From positions 1 through 29,569 of IMG/VR virus record IMGVR_UViG_3300032277_000055: a DNA stretch of 29,569 bases. The stretch is one strand, 5' to 3'. Of the stretch, positions 18,056-26,577 are shown piece by piece (within the stretch, counting starts at the first letter, position 1; each line of letters opens with the position of its first letter). The position numbers and the translations under genes are program-made. Below the pieces are notes generated by a model. It saw nothing but the letters and a program-made list of their open reading frames with translations. It searched no databases and was not told the DNA's origin. This stretch comes from a virus. Its lineage: Duplodnaviria; Caudoviricetes.

Positions 18056-19748
18056 TGATCATCTCCTCCCCTTCAAAGTTGTCATCACCTTTAGGTTCCT
18101 CCACCTCAGCCAGCCTCCCAGTGTCAGCATCAAACTTGAGCCAACAGCCAGTGCAGCCATCCTCGCCAGTAAACCTATTCTTCAAGACAACTACCTCCGT
18201 ATAGTTCCTGAGGCTGTCATCCTTCTTGTTACGCTGTAGGCCTAGCACCATGTCACTCAGCTGAGAGATAGCCTGAGAGCCACGTAGGTGATTGAGGTTG
18301 ATCTCCAAGCCCTCCTCAAAGCCTTTGTCAGAGGACGGACGTTTAAGATGAGACACAAGGAACATGCCGCAGCCTGTCTCCTCACAGAGGGACCTAAGCT
18401 TCGTCATGGCGATGTCGATAGACTTACGTTCATCAGCTACAGCCAGCCCTGATACCACAATGCTGAGGTGATCAAGGATAATCCAGCGGCAACCAAGTGT
18501 GACAACCATGTAGCGGATCTTACCCAAGAGCTTGTCAACATCTGTCGATCCGAAGTGATCATAGAGGTACATCCTGGGTACTGCTCCAACCTCCCCCTGC
18601 TTTGGGAAGAGGCCTGCGTGTGCCTTGAGTAGTTCTTCATCTGAGATATCCTCTCTGTCGATGGTCACTCGCTTGTTCATGTGGATGCCTAGGAGCCTGT
18701 CTTGGGTAAGAGCAGCACTCTCCTCCAGCATCATGACCCCTACAGTCTCCTTGTGGTCTCTGTAGAGGTGGTAGGCAATCTCTCCGCATACTGCGGACTT
18801 GCCAATACCAGTGCCTGCACACAAGGTAACGAGCTCACCTTGTCTTGCTCCCCTGGTGATCTTGTTGAGACCTTCCCAGGGGTACGGCAGGCTGTCTTTC
18901 TTCCTGGCTGGATCTGTGATGACGTCTGCCAGCTCAGCCATATCCAGGACACCGTCAGGACGGTATTCCTTGGCATCCCACATGGCCTGCATCAGCTGCT
19001 TACCTTTGCCTGCCTGCAGCATGTCACATGGGTCTTTGAGCTCGAGGTGAGCAATCTTGATGCACTTATGGTGAGGAGCCAGGGCCTCAGCAGCCTTCTG
19101 GACACCAATGGTACCAGCCTCGTCATTGTCAAACATGAGGATGACTTCTTCGAACTGCTGGAGGTACTCAAGTTGAGCCTGGAGTTGCTTGGCTGCATTG
19201 CCAGCGCCATCAGTGACACTGACAACTGGCCACTTGTCATCTTGATAGGAGCTGAATGCCATGCAGTCTAGAGCTCCCTCAGTGACCACCAGGCGGCGTC
19301 CTTTGTTCCATAGGTGTTGGCCAAAGAGAGTGCCTTTCTTGTGCTCACCGAGCCACTGGAAGCCTTTGGAGGCAGTCCTGAGGCTTTGAGCTACAACAGT
19401 GCCTTTGACGTCTCTGATATTGGCTATGTGGACTGGTTGTCCTCTGTAGGTACCAAACCTGTAGTCAAACTTGCGGCAGGTCTGGGAGCTCACCAGTCGT
19501 TTGGGGATACCTTCTGTCGGCACATGGCCTTCGATAAGGCCTTCTTGGATCTTGATGGCTTGACCTGTTGCCTGAACAGGTTGCTCTCCAGAGCCTTGTG
19601 CTGCCCCCTGCCTTGTTTCGCAGGAGAAGCAGTAGGTGTGGCCATCGCTGTAGGTTGCTTTGGCGTCAGAGCTGCCGCAGTCTTCACAGGGGAGGTCTGA
19701 TTGGATGATGTGGTTTTCTTCATAGGTCTCTTCTAACGCAGCTTCCAA
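18045..19748 (-). CDS. T7 gp4-like primase-helicase; TTG start
   Basis: Zinc finger CEDC...CFSC, TOPRIM TEGALD/FDND, Walker A AGTGIGKS, ILDHL, SHLKR, LRGSQAISQLSD, KNRFTG; GAGGAG-N7-TTG at 19748. Confidence 0.95.
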   Translation of the reverse strand: MEAALEETYEENHIIQSDLPCEDCGSSDAKATYSDGHTYCFSCETRQGAAQGSGEQPVQATGQAIKIQEGLIEGHVPTEGIPKRLVSSQTCRKFDYRFGTYRGQPVHIANIRDVKGTVVAQSLRTASKGFQWLGEHKKGTLFGQHLWNKGRRLVVTEGALDCMAFSSYQDDKWPVVSVTDGAGNAAKQLQAQLEYLQQFEEVILMFDNDEAGTIGVQKAAEALAPHHKCIKIAHLELKDPCDMLQAGKGKQLMQAMWDAKEYRPDGVLDMAELADVITDPARKKDSLPYPWEGLNKITRGARQGELVTLCAGTGIGKSAVCGEIAYHLYRDHKETVGVMMLEESAALTQDRLLGIHMNKRVTIDREDISDEELLKAHAGLFPKQGEVGAVPRMYLYDHFGSTDVDKLLGKIRYMVVTLGCRWIILDHLSIVVSGLAVADERKSIDIAMTKLRSLCEETGCGMFLVSHLKRPSSDKGFEEGLEINLNHLRGSQAISQLSDMVLGLQRNKKDDSLRNYTEVVVLKNRFTGEDGCTGCWLKFDADTGRLAEVEEPKGDDNFEGEEMINDF

Positions 19749-19781
19749 TGGAGCTCTCCTCTTGATGTGTGCATGGATTTT

Positions 19782-20031
19782 CAATGAGTATCTGACAAGC
19801 CTGGGAGTTGAACCCAGAGACCATAGGTTCCCTCAAGGTGATGGCCCTAGAACCGCTAGGTGACCTGAGGATGATCTGCAGTACCGCTGCACCTGCCACA
19901 AGTGCGCCCTCCCCAACTCATCAGGGAGGACGTCTTTAGCTACTCGGCAGTAGCCTTCCGTAAACCTCTAGACACCCCTTTAGCGTCACGCTTCCGGCTG
20001 CGTGTGGGTTTAACGAGTAGGTCTAGAGGCT
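19782..20031 (-). ncRNA. Candidate structured RNA: three hairpin domains plus a tRNA-like domain (19793-19898)
   Basis: Nearly the whole intergenic region is base-pairable; T-arm CTGGG-TTCAACT-CCCAG. Confidence 0.55.
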
Positions 20032-20037
20032 ATCTAG

Positions 20038-20322
20038 TTAAGCAGCAAACTGAGGCAAGGTCCGGTGGACCTGAGCCCACCTACGCTCTGCCACAGAGCC
20101 TTCTTTAGTTCCGTCTACGGAGTACCGAGTGTACCGCTTGCCAGTCACAGGGTTGGTCTTACGTTGACGCTTGATGTTAAAGCCAACCTCCTCGAGGTCA
20201 CACACACGGCGACTGAAGGATGCTGAAGTGATGTCGAGGTCCAGGAAGGCCTCACGGTTGCTGATAGAGCCGTTGTTCTTGATGAACTGCAGGATCTTGT
20301 CAGTCAGGATCATGTTACGCAT
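20038..20322 (-). CDS. Small winged-helix DNA-binding protein (94 aa)
   Basis: AAGGAG SD; GSISNREA..., SRRVCDLEEVGFNI, YTRY pattern. Confidence 0.75.
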   Translation of the reverse strand: MRNMILTDKILQFIKNNGSISNREAFLDLDITSASFSRRVCDLEEVGFNIKRQRKTNPVTGKRYTRYSVDGTKEGSVAERRWAQVHRTLPQFAA

Positions 20323-20335
20323 ATAGTCTCTCCTT

Positions 20336-20803
20336 TTATACGAAATGTTTTGATGGAAACCCGAGGATCATATCCACGAGCTTTGATGGATTATCTAGGC
20401 GATAGAAGGTGTGGTCTCCTATGGTCACCTGAGGTTTGGCGTCCACAGCCCAGCTCACGCTGTCAGCGATAGAACTCACCAAGTAGTGGTCACAGCCATC
20501 TGTCGGATCAAACCCTCGCATAACATACTCAACGATCTGAGAGATGTCTTGGTAGGGCAGCTCATCTTTACTGAGAGCAAGAGCTTTGTCCCTGTTGGGG
20601 TCATTGTCGTTCCAGCATGAGAACTGCCACGGCTTTAGACAGACGTCCTTGATGGAGTTGCCCCACCAGGATGTCCTTGAGGTGACCCTGTTGAGGATCA
20701 CAGCAGCCACTGCCGCCTGCCCTAGCCTACTCTGGTTCCTAGCCTCGGCCCACACAGTGCGGACCATGAGGTCGTGCTCTTGGAGTTCGTATGGGTTATC
20801 CAT
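20336..20803 (-). CDS. SleB-like cell wall hydrolase (Hydrolase_2 family), putative endolysin (155 aa)
   Basis: RTVWAEARNQ, AVAAVILNRV, WQFSCWN.NDPN, DPTDG, IGDHTFY. Confidence 0.88.
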   Translation of the reverse strand: MDNPYELQEHDLMVRTVWAEARNQSRLGQAAVAAVILNRVTSRTSWWGNSIKDVCLKPWQFSCWNDNDPNRDKALALSKDELPYQDISQIVEYVMRGFDPTDGCDHYLVSSIADSVSWAVDAKPQVTIGDHTFYRLDNPSKLVDMILGFPSKHFV

Positions 20804-21029
20804 TAACTTCTTCGTCCAACACCTTGAAGAACTCAGCAAGGTCTGTAATGCTTTCCTTCATGACACCCACAGTCGGTTTGGTGGTAGCCCCCAAAAAGAT
20901 ATTCACGCAGTTGGTGACTTGGTCGACCACAGCGTTGATCCTGGTACCACCCCTGGTATAGGACTTTAGGCTATCCAATGGTCCCCGTCTTGGTTCCACT
21001 GGTAGATATGTTTTCTCGATGTCAATCAT
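20796..21029 (-). CDS. Hypothetical protein (77 aa)
   Basis: ATGA overlap with the endonuclease stop. Confidence 0.6.
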   Translation of the reverse strand: MIDIEKTYLPVEPRRGPLDSLKSYTRGGTRINAVVDQVTNCVNIFLGATTKPTVGVMKESITDLAEFFKVLDEEVNG

Positions 21030-21508
21030 GATGTAAACCACTCCTCTGGTATTAGTTTGTCAGCATACAGATAACCATGCTTCTCACACCACATTGCATA
21101 GGTGGTCTTGGAGCCTTTACGGATCTTTTCGCCGCTCCTGGAGAAGACAAAGCGTATGTCTAGTTGGGGATGCTGAGACTTGATCAGGAGCTGCTTCTTC
21201 CTGTCGTCAGGCAGGAACCTGCCCTTGGTCTCAACGATGAAATGCTCTTCGAGCCACTTCTTGTTACTCCACCAATTATCATCCTCAGGCCACCAAACCT
21301 CTCCTCGGTCATACCGCAGAAAGATGTCAGGTGTGTACTTGTGGAATGTAAGAGGCTTGCAATAGGGAAGCTTCATGGTCTCAAAGATGTAACCGATCCC
21401 ACGATTGATGAGATCCGTTGTGTTCCTATCCTCGAGCCCAGAGCGGTACCCATGGATGACACCATGGGAACGCTTTGAGCCTTTGGGATAACTAGTCTTA
21501 GAAGTCAG
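21026..21508 (-). CDS. T7 gp3-like endonuclease I (Holliday junction resolvase); inferred CTG start (160 aa)
   Basis: YRSGLED lies upstream of the first ATG; also YTPD, VETKGRF, DIRFVF, TTYAMWCEKHG, IPEEW. Confidence 0.88.
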   Translation of the reverse strand: MTSKTSYPKGSKRSHGVIHGYRSGLEDRNTTDLINRGIGYIFETMKLPYCKPLTFHKYTPDIFLRYDRGEVWWPEDDNWWSNKKWLEEHFIVETKGRFLPDDRKKQLLIKSQHPQLDIRFVFSRSGEKIRKGSKTTYAMWCEKHGYLYADKLIPEEWFTS

Positions 21509-22064
21509 CTGGGTTGCCTGCTACTTTCGGATCAACCACTATGTCTTCGATCAATGAGCCAAACTCATCGTCTTTACCCTGACGTTCTTCTTCAACGAAG
21601 AGGTCTTCATCATCCATACCTTCGATAGCGTCGAACTGTTGGTAGCTCGCAAGCTTAGCAACCTGGATGGAGTTGAGGTAAGACACAATGCCTTTACCGT
21701 TAGAGCTGTCATATGCTTTGAACTTACCGCCAACACGCGCCAGTGTACCTGAAGCAATCATAGGTCTCTTACCGATCACAGGGTGACCTAAGCTGTCATA
21801 GATGTTTGGCTCCAGCTTCGTCTTAGCTTTAAGCCGCATGACACCATCTTCATCGATGATGTAAGGCATCTTGATACCGTCAGTAGTCCCGAAGGCACTC
21901 ATAGCCAACTTGGCGCAGGTCTCCAGGTGAAGGTCTTGGTCTTCGCCAGGAGGGATGAGTGCGATTGTCTTGAAGCCACCGTAGCGTGGGTCTTCTTTAC
22001 TGATCCAGGAGTAGCCCAGAGGTACTACTGCGGTCTTGTATTTCACTTGTTGTGGGTCAGCCAT
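21498..22064 (-). CDS. T7 gp2.5-like single-stranded DNA-binding protein (188 aa)
   Basis: Syntenic position; LNSIQV motif; acidic tail ending in DF. Confidence 0.8.
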   Translation of the reverse strand: MADPQQVKYKTAVVPLGYSWISKEDPRYGGFKTIALIPPGEDQDLHLETCAKLAMSAFGTTDGIKMPYIIDEDGVMRLKAKTKLEPNIYDSLGHPVIGKRPMIASGTLARVGGKFKAYDSSNGKGIVSYLNSIQVAKLASYQQFDAIEGMDDEDLFVEEERQGKDDEFGSLIEDIVVDPKVAGNPADF

Positions 22065-22380
22065 TATATGTAGCCTCCAATGATTGTTCTTCTACTATCG
22101 ACAACACTGCACGAACGACAGACACAAAGGTCTTGCCATATTCGTCAGTGATCTCATCTTCAATGAAGGCAAAGCTCTCATTGTCGTATACGTCCACAAA
22201 ATGAACTAAGGTATTGTACAGCTTCATGCACTGCATAAACCCTGTCACCATACCTCTTGTGATATGGGCCTCGTCCAGGAACATCTCGATGTCAACTGGT
22301 AGTGGGATATCATATTGCTGCAGGAAGGTTCGCCCCACTAGGTGGGCAAACTCTGGAGGATTGAGTGATGTTTCAAACAT
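22057..22380 (-). CDS. Hypothetical protein (107 aa)
   Basis: Fills the gap between RNAP and SSB. Confidence 0.65.
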   Translation of the reverse strand: MFETSLNPPEFAHLVGRTFLQQYDIPLPVDIEMFLDEAHITRGMVTGFMQCMKLYNTLVHFVDVYDNESFAFIEDEITDEYGKTFVSVVRAVLSIVEEQSLEATYNG

Positions 22381-22407
22381 ATGTTGTTCTTCTTTCGGTC
22401 TTCATGT

Positions 22408-24912
22408 TTACGCAAATGCGTATGTACTTTGGAGAACCTGATCCATGTCTAGGTTCCCTTTGGCAGGCAGTGGAGGGAGTTTGTCCTTCCCTACCTCTGT
22501 GAGCAATGACCTGGCATAGTCATCGATCTGTTGGAACACATCATGCTCAGTGTACATCTCAACGAGTGTCTCACGGATGAGAGGCGCGAACCTCTCGGTG
22601 TCTGCAGCATGGACTGCAAAGCTGTCATGAATGAGTAGGAAGTGATCCATACCTTCTGCCTTAGCCGCGTTGACTACAGACAGGAGATGTGCGGCATCCA
22701 TCGAGTGGATGACATTGGGAGCAACAGCCGACTTCTGTTTGCTCTTCTTGATGATTGACGAGGCTTTACCAGTGTCAAGCACCATGCGTTTACGGTGATA
22801 GGGGTCTTCAACCTTGAGGGATGCGTCATAGATGTAACAAGACACACTCTCCAGGATTGGGTCAGTGTAGCGATGAACCACAGGGAACCCTACAGGGTTA
22901 GTCCAGCGGACATCCTTGCGCTCATGAGCCAGGACACCTGCCACCTTCCTGAGGTAGAGCATACCTTCAGCTGCCTTTGAGACTGTCTCATTGACTGCTG
23001 TCCAGATATGTCCAGAGAGGTAGCCACATGCTGCCCTCCCCCAGTCATCACCAAAGGGATGATCCTCAGCGACACCTGACAGGACGTCCCAGGCCAGAGG
23101 TGTCATGTGATCCTCTATCAGCTGTTGCTTGAAGCCAAACCTGGCTGAGCTATAGGGGAAGGTCATGACGTTTCTCTTGACTGTCTTGCGGGTGATGCCG
23201 AAGTCCAGCCACTGTTGAGCAAAGGGCTCTGTGGACGTCTTAGCATCCTCCTGCACCATGGGGATTACTCTGTCAGCCACCGCCTGGTAGATGTCTTGGG
23301 GAACACCTTTAGGCACGAGGTTGACGAGAGCTCCGTCCTCCTCAGCTCTGAGAGCCATGGAGTAGTGCTGGATACCTGAGTTGGAACCATCGAGAGCGAC
23401 AGGGAGATGAGACACGTAGTGCCGCCCATAGAGGACAGCTCCAGCGTACTCAAAGCAGCCTGCAAGGAACTGCAGAGGCTTGTCTGCTTCCAGCCACCAT
23501 CGATGGGCCAGGGGGTCGCCAGCGCACTCCAAAAGAGCCTCGCTGTTTTCCTCGACCCACCTGACCCGTTCATCAAACGGCCTCTTCGAGATCTTCCCGA
23601 AGTCACCATTGTTGGCAATGTGAACGCTGAGCCAGTAGAGCCCATGCTCTCCCAAGGGCTTCCCCTCAGCAAACTCAAACATCGCCTTCACATAGTCAGA
23701 CCGCTGATAGTTGAATGATGGTATTGGGTAAACTCGGCCCCTGAAGTCGCAAGATACAGGCACATAGAACTGAGGGTAGCTCTTGAGCATGTTAGCTACC
23801 TGGCAGTCTTGAGAGACCTGCATGTCTGCAGCCTTAGCGGACCTGTTCTTGGCCTTCACAGCCCCTACTTGATGCTTGAAGACTGTGCGTTCTTCCGACG
23901 ACATGTCATCCCAAGGTTTGTCTGAGGTAGGTACCGGGATCATCTCATCTCGAGGGAAGCCTTCACAGTAGACCTCAGGTGAAACCCTGAGCCATTGGAT
24001 AACCTCAAGCATCCTCTCATTGATCCTGTAGGGGGTGCTTTGGATCGCGTTGAGAGCATCCACACAGGGAGCCATAGAGCCATCCCTGAGGCCTCTCCTT
24101 AGAGATGCGACTTGGATAGGCTTTGCTCCTCTAACCAAGCCTACAGTGCGGCTTAAAGCTTCACTGAGGTATGCACCTTGCTTAGGATCTTCAGACCAAG
24201 GTCTAGGAGGTACCAGCATAGGCAGATACTTAGGGCGGTTGAGGGCATTGAGCTCATCCATCTCTCTGATGTACGCTCTAGCTTCCTTGTTAAAGGAGAC
24301 TGAGACAACACCCTTAGCTGTCCTGGAGGTCTCAAAGATGTCTGTGGATTGCAGTACAACATTGAGGCAATGCTCACCCATCTTGAGACGTCTATGCCTA
24401 GTCCATTCCTTATCAGCCTTAAGGTTGGCCATGGTATACCTGAAGGCCTTTCTAAGCCTGCTAGAGGTACCATAGTTTGCCTCTTTGATCTTACTGAGGA
24501 CCCTCTCTGGATTAAGGCTCTTATCGAGCATGGAACACTTAATCTCCAACTCAATGGACTGGCCTAGCTGCTGCAGTGAGCCCTTAAGTGGAAGCTGAGA
24601 GGCAGCTGCATTAGCTACAGCATTAAGGGAGATCAATGCTAGGACCTCAGGGTCAATCAGCTCTAAGGCCACCTGAAGGACATGTAGGGATGTACCTTGG
24701 TCTCTCCTATGCCTCGGTCCTATAAAATCAAAGCCTCCTCTCACACCCTGGAAGCTTCTCTGGAGAAGATCCTTAGCGGGGCTATGGGTGGAGTACTTTT
24801 GGTTATCCTTAAGGCGTTGGGTCTCCCTTTGGTATCTCTCGACACCATCCTGGAGGCTGATTGCCTCGAGGCTGAGCTGTGCTTCTCTCAAAGTGTTCTC
24901 TTGGTGTATCAC
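22408..24912 (-). CDS. T7-like single-subunit RNA polymerase (834 aa)
   Basis: DFRGRVY, DGSNSGIQH (motif A), RKTVKRNVMTFPY (motif B), PNVIHSMDA, IHDSF (motif C), C-terminal AFA. Confidence 0.97.
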   Translation of the reverse strand: MIHQENTLREAQLSLEAISLQDGVERYQRETQRLKDNQKYSTHSPAKDLLQRSFQGVRGGFDFIGPRHRRDQGTSLHVLQVALELIDPEVLALISLNAVANAAASQLPLKGSLQQLGQSIELEIKCSMLDKSLNPERVLSKIKEANYGTSSRLRKAFRYTMANLKADKEWTRHRRLKMGEHCLNVVLQSTDIFETSRTAKGVVSVSFNKEARAYIREMDELNALNRPKYLPMLVPPRPWSEDPKQGAYLSEALSRTVGLVRGAKPIQVASLRRGLRDGSMAPCVDALNAIQSTPYRINERMLEVIQWLRVSPEVYCEGFPRDEMIPVPTSDKPWDDMSSEERTVFKHQVGAVKAKNRSAKAADMQVSQDCQVANMLKSYPQFYVPVSCDFRGRVYPIPSFNYQRSDYVKAMFEFAEGKPLGEHGLYWLSVHIANNGDFGKISKRPFDERVRWVEENSEALLECAGDPLAHRWWLEADKPLQFLAGCFEYAGAVLYGRHYVSHLPVALDGSNSGIQHYSMALRAEEDGALVNLVPKGVPQDIYQAVADRVIPMVQEDAKTSTEPFAQQWLDFGITRKTVKRNVMTFPYSSARFGFKQQLIEDHMTPLAWDVLSGVAEDHPFGDDWGRAACGYLSGHIWTAVNETVSKAAEGMLYLRKVAGVLAHERKDVRWTNPVGFPVVHRYTDPILESVSCYIYDASLKVEDPYHRKRMVLDTGKASSIIKKSKQKSAVAPNVIHSMDAAHLLSVVNAAKAEGMDHFLLIHDSFAVHAADTERFAPLIRETLVEMYTEHDVFQQIDDYARSLLTEVGKDKLPPLPAKGNLDMDQVLQSTYAFA

Positions 24913-24962
24913 TCTCAGTGGTCTCCTCTTCGTATTGGCCCATCTCTGGGGCAGACTTTCAG

Positions 24963-24988
24963 TCTTTAGTTTCCCAAAAACATCGAAT
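24963..24988 (-). promoter_or_regulatory. Putative phage RNAP promoter upstream of the RNAP gene, ATTCGATGTTTTTGGGAAACTAAAGA
   Basis: 24/26 identical to 9772-9797. Confidence 0.72.
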
Positions 24989-24995
24989 GCTTCTA

Positions 24996-25042
24996 ATGGT
25001 CTAACTAAAACAATGACTTAGTAATATTCTATAGTCTAACTA
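24996..25042. repeat. Direct repeat ATRGTCTAACTA (24996-25007 and 25031-25042) flanking an IHF-like site (25008-25020)
   Basis: 11/12 identity at 35-bp spacing; AAACAATGACTTA is one mismatch from WATCAANNNNTTR. Confidence 0.6.
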
Positions 25043-25049
25043 CATGCAA
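25021..25049 (-). promoter_or_regulatory. Candidate host sigma70-type promoter TTGCAT-N17-TATTAC
   Basis: AT-rich intergenic region; shares CTTGCATGT with the candidate at 28988-29016. Confidence 0.4.
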
Positions 25050-25089
25050 GAGAAAGGGCCTCCTCCTATTTCCTCCACACTGGTAGGAG

Positions 25090-26061
25090 CTATTGTGCAA
25101 CAGCGGACAGGATGTCCACTGCTGATCTCAGGTCGTCCACTTCGACTGCACTATACTTCAATGTAGTCTTGATGTTGCGATGACCGAGGAGCTTCTGAGC
25201 TACCGCCAGGTTCTCCTTATTCTGGAGCAGCCTGGTGGCGGCGGTCCTCCTGAGTGCATGTATGGTGAACCTAGTGTCCTCCTGGAGGCCCATACAGCCT
25301 CGTACACGGTCCCATTCAACACGGGCCTCCCAATAAGTGATACCCCAGGGAAGCCTCTGAGAGAGGATCTGGGAGACGTCAGGGGTCTCTGGGACGATCC
25401 TGGTATCTCCGTTCTTGGTATCACCAAAAACTAAGAGGCCTTGGTCCCTGTCCTCAGGCTTCAGCTCGAGGACTTCTGACACCCTGGCACCAGTCTGCAG
25501 CAGGACCTTCCATAGGTCTCTGTAAACAGGAGCTGACAGCTCAAAGAGTTGCCTGAGCTCATCGTCCTTGAGCCAGCGTATCTCAGCCTTAGGTTCTTTG
25601 TTCCAGTCGATGGTAGGCATACCGTGAGGCAACCACCCTCGCCTATCAGCATACCTAAGCATGGCTGACAGCTTTGAGATGTACCTGTTTATGGTTGCTG
25701 GCTTGAGGTGAGACAGGTCAGCCTTGAGGCGATCAACGGTTAGGTTGTTAATGTCCTGGATGTTGACGCTGTCACCTATCAGTTCGACAACCTTGGTGGC
25801 CTGCCTGATTGACCCCGCCCATGTCTTGGTGTGACCCCACACAGGCTCTTGAGCAATCACCAGTAGATGTCCTAGGGTCATCCTCTTTGATAAGGACCTC
25901 GCCTTAGCTACTGGCATGAAGCCATCCTTGAAAGACCTCTCAGCCTCCCTAGCTTCTTGTATGGTGTCAGTACGGGTACGGAGCTTTTGTCCATCCTTCA
26001 TGACTTCAGCTACCCAACGACCAGTGAGAGCCCCACTTCGTTTCTCTGGGAATACAGACAT
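25090..26061 (-). CDS. int: Tyrosine recombinase/integrase (323 aa)
   Basis: TGARVSE (R), TKNG (K), HALRR, LGH, TTLKY; arm-binding-like N-terminus; AAGGAG-N7-ATG at 26061. Confidence 0.93.
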   Translation of the reverse strand: MSVFPEKRSGALTGRWVAEVMKDGQKLRTRTDTIQEAREAERSFKDGFMPVAKARSLSKRMTLGHLLVIAQEPVWGHTKTWAGSIRQATKVVELIGDSVNIQDINNLTVDRLKADLSHLKPATINRYISKLSAMLRYADRRGWLPHGMPTIDWNKEPKAEIRWLKDDELRQLFELSAPVYRDLWKVLLQTGARVSEVLELKPEDRDQGLLVFGDTKNGDTRIVPETPDVSQILSQRLPWGITYWEARVEWDRVRGCMGLQEDTRFTIHALRRTAATRLLQNKENLAVAQKLLGHRNIKTTLKYSAVEVDDLRSAVDILSAVAQ

Positions 26062-26145
26062 GTTCACTCTCCTTCCGTGTTGAGTGTGTTGTTAATGGGT
26101 TCACTGAGGGGAGCTGTAACACTCCCCCGAGTGTCCATTTTGTTT

Positions 26146-26382
26146 TTAGGCTCCAGTCGCCTTGGCCAGGTCGATGGCATCCTTCAGCTTCTTTGCAGAG
26201 CTGAGGGTGAACCATTCGTAGCCAAAGAGACTAGGTCCCTTCTTTATACGGCAAGGTTGCCCTGCCGCGTCCACTGGTAGGCGCTTATAGATGCGCCACA
26301 TGCCATCCACTGTTGAGCGGACAGCTTCACCTACGCCACGGATTTGGCGTTTGTCATTCAATTCTTGTACATTAGCAGTCAT
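26146..26382 (-). CDS. Hypothetical early protein (78 aa)
   Basis: AAGGA SD; operon packing. Confidence 0.6.
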   Translation of the reverse strand: MTANVQELNDKRQIRGVGEAVRSTVDGMWRIYKRLPVDAAGQPCRIKKGPSLFGYEWFTLSSAKKLKDAIDLAKATGA

Positions 26383-26388
26383 ATAGAA

Positions 26389-26577
26389 CTATTCCTTAGA
26401 AAGGCAAACAGGTTTATCATTCACATCACCGAGGCGTGTGAACATCTTGTGATGATCTCGTAGGAGCTGACCTAAGAGATCTTTGGGTATGTGTGCAGTG
26501 TTTCCCCGACCATTCGCTGCCTTATGTAGCCCCTCCAAGCTGTCTAGCGTGGTCTCTAGGTTGATTGGTTTTGTCAT
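26389..26577 (-). CDS. Hypothetical early protein (62 aa)
   Basis: ATGA coupling. Confidence 0.6.
   Translation of the reverse strand: MTKPINLETTLDSLEGLHKAANGRGNTAHIPKDLLGQLLRDHHKMFTRLGDVNDKPVCLSKE

Noticed and set aside
19793-19817. T-arm fragment as attP core or as a canonical tRNA/tmRNA
   Set aside because: More than 5 kb from the integrase; no CCA, anticodon loop, G3-U70 alanine end or tag ORF.
19863-19869. CT-CAG-GT as an anticodon loop reading the CTG starts
   Set aside because: Tempting given the CTG starts, but these bases pair with ACCTTGAGG and no 5-bp anticodon stem closes them.
19917-19924. CTGATGAG as a hammerhead ribozyme core
   Set aside because: No stem II followed by GAAA; the motif sits in a simple hairpin loop.
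20885-20905. Third phage-promoter copy (TTTTTGGGG)
   Set aside because: Only the T5G3 core matches, and it lies inside a coding region.
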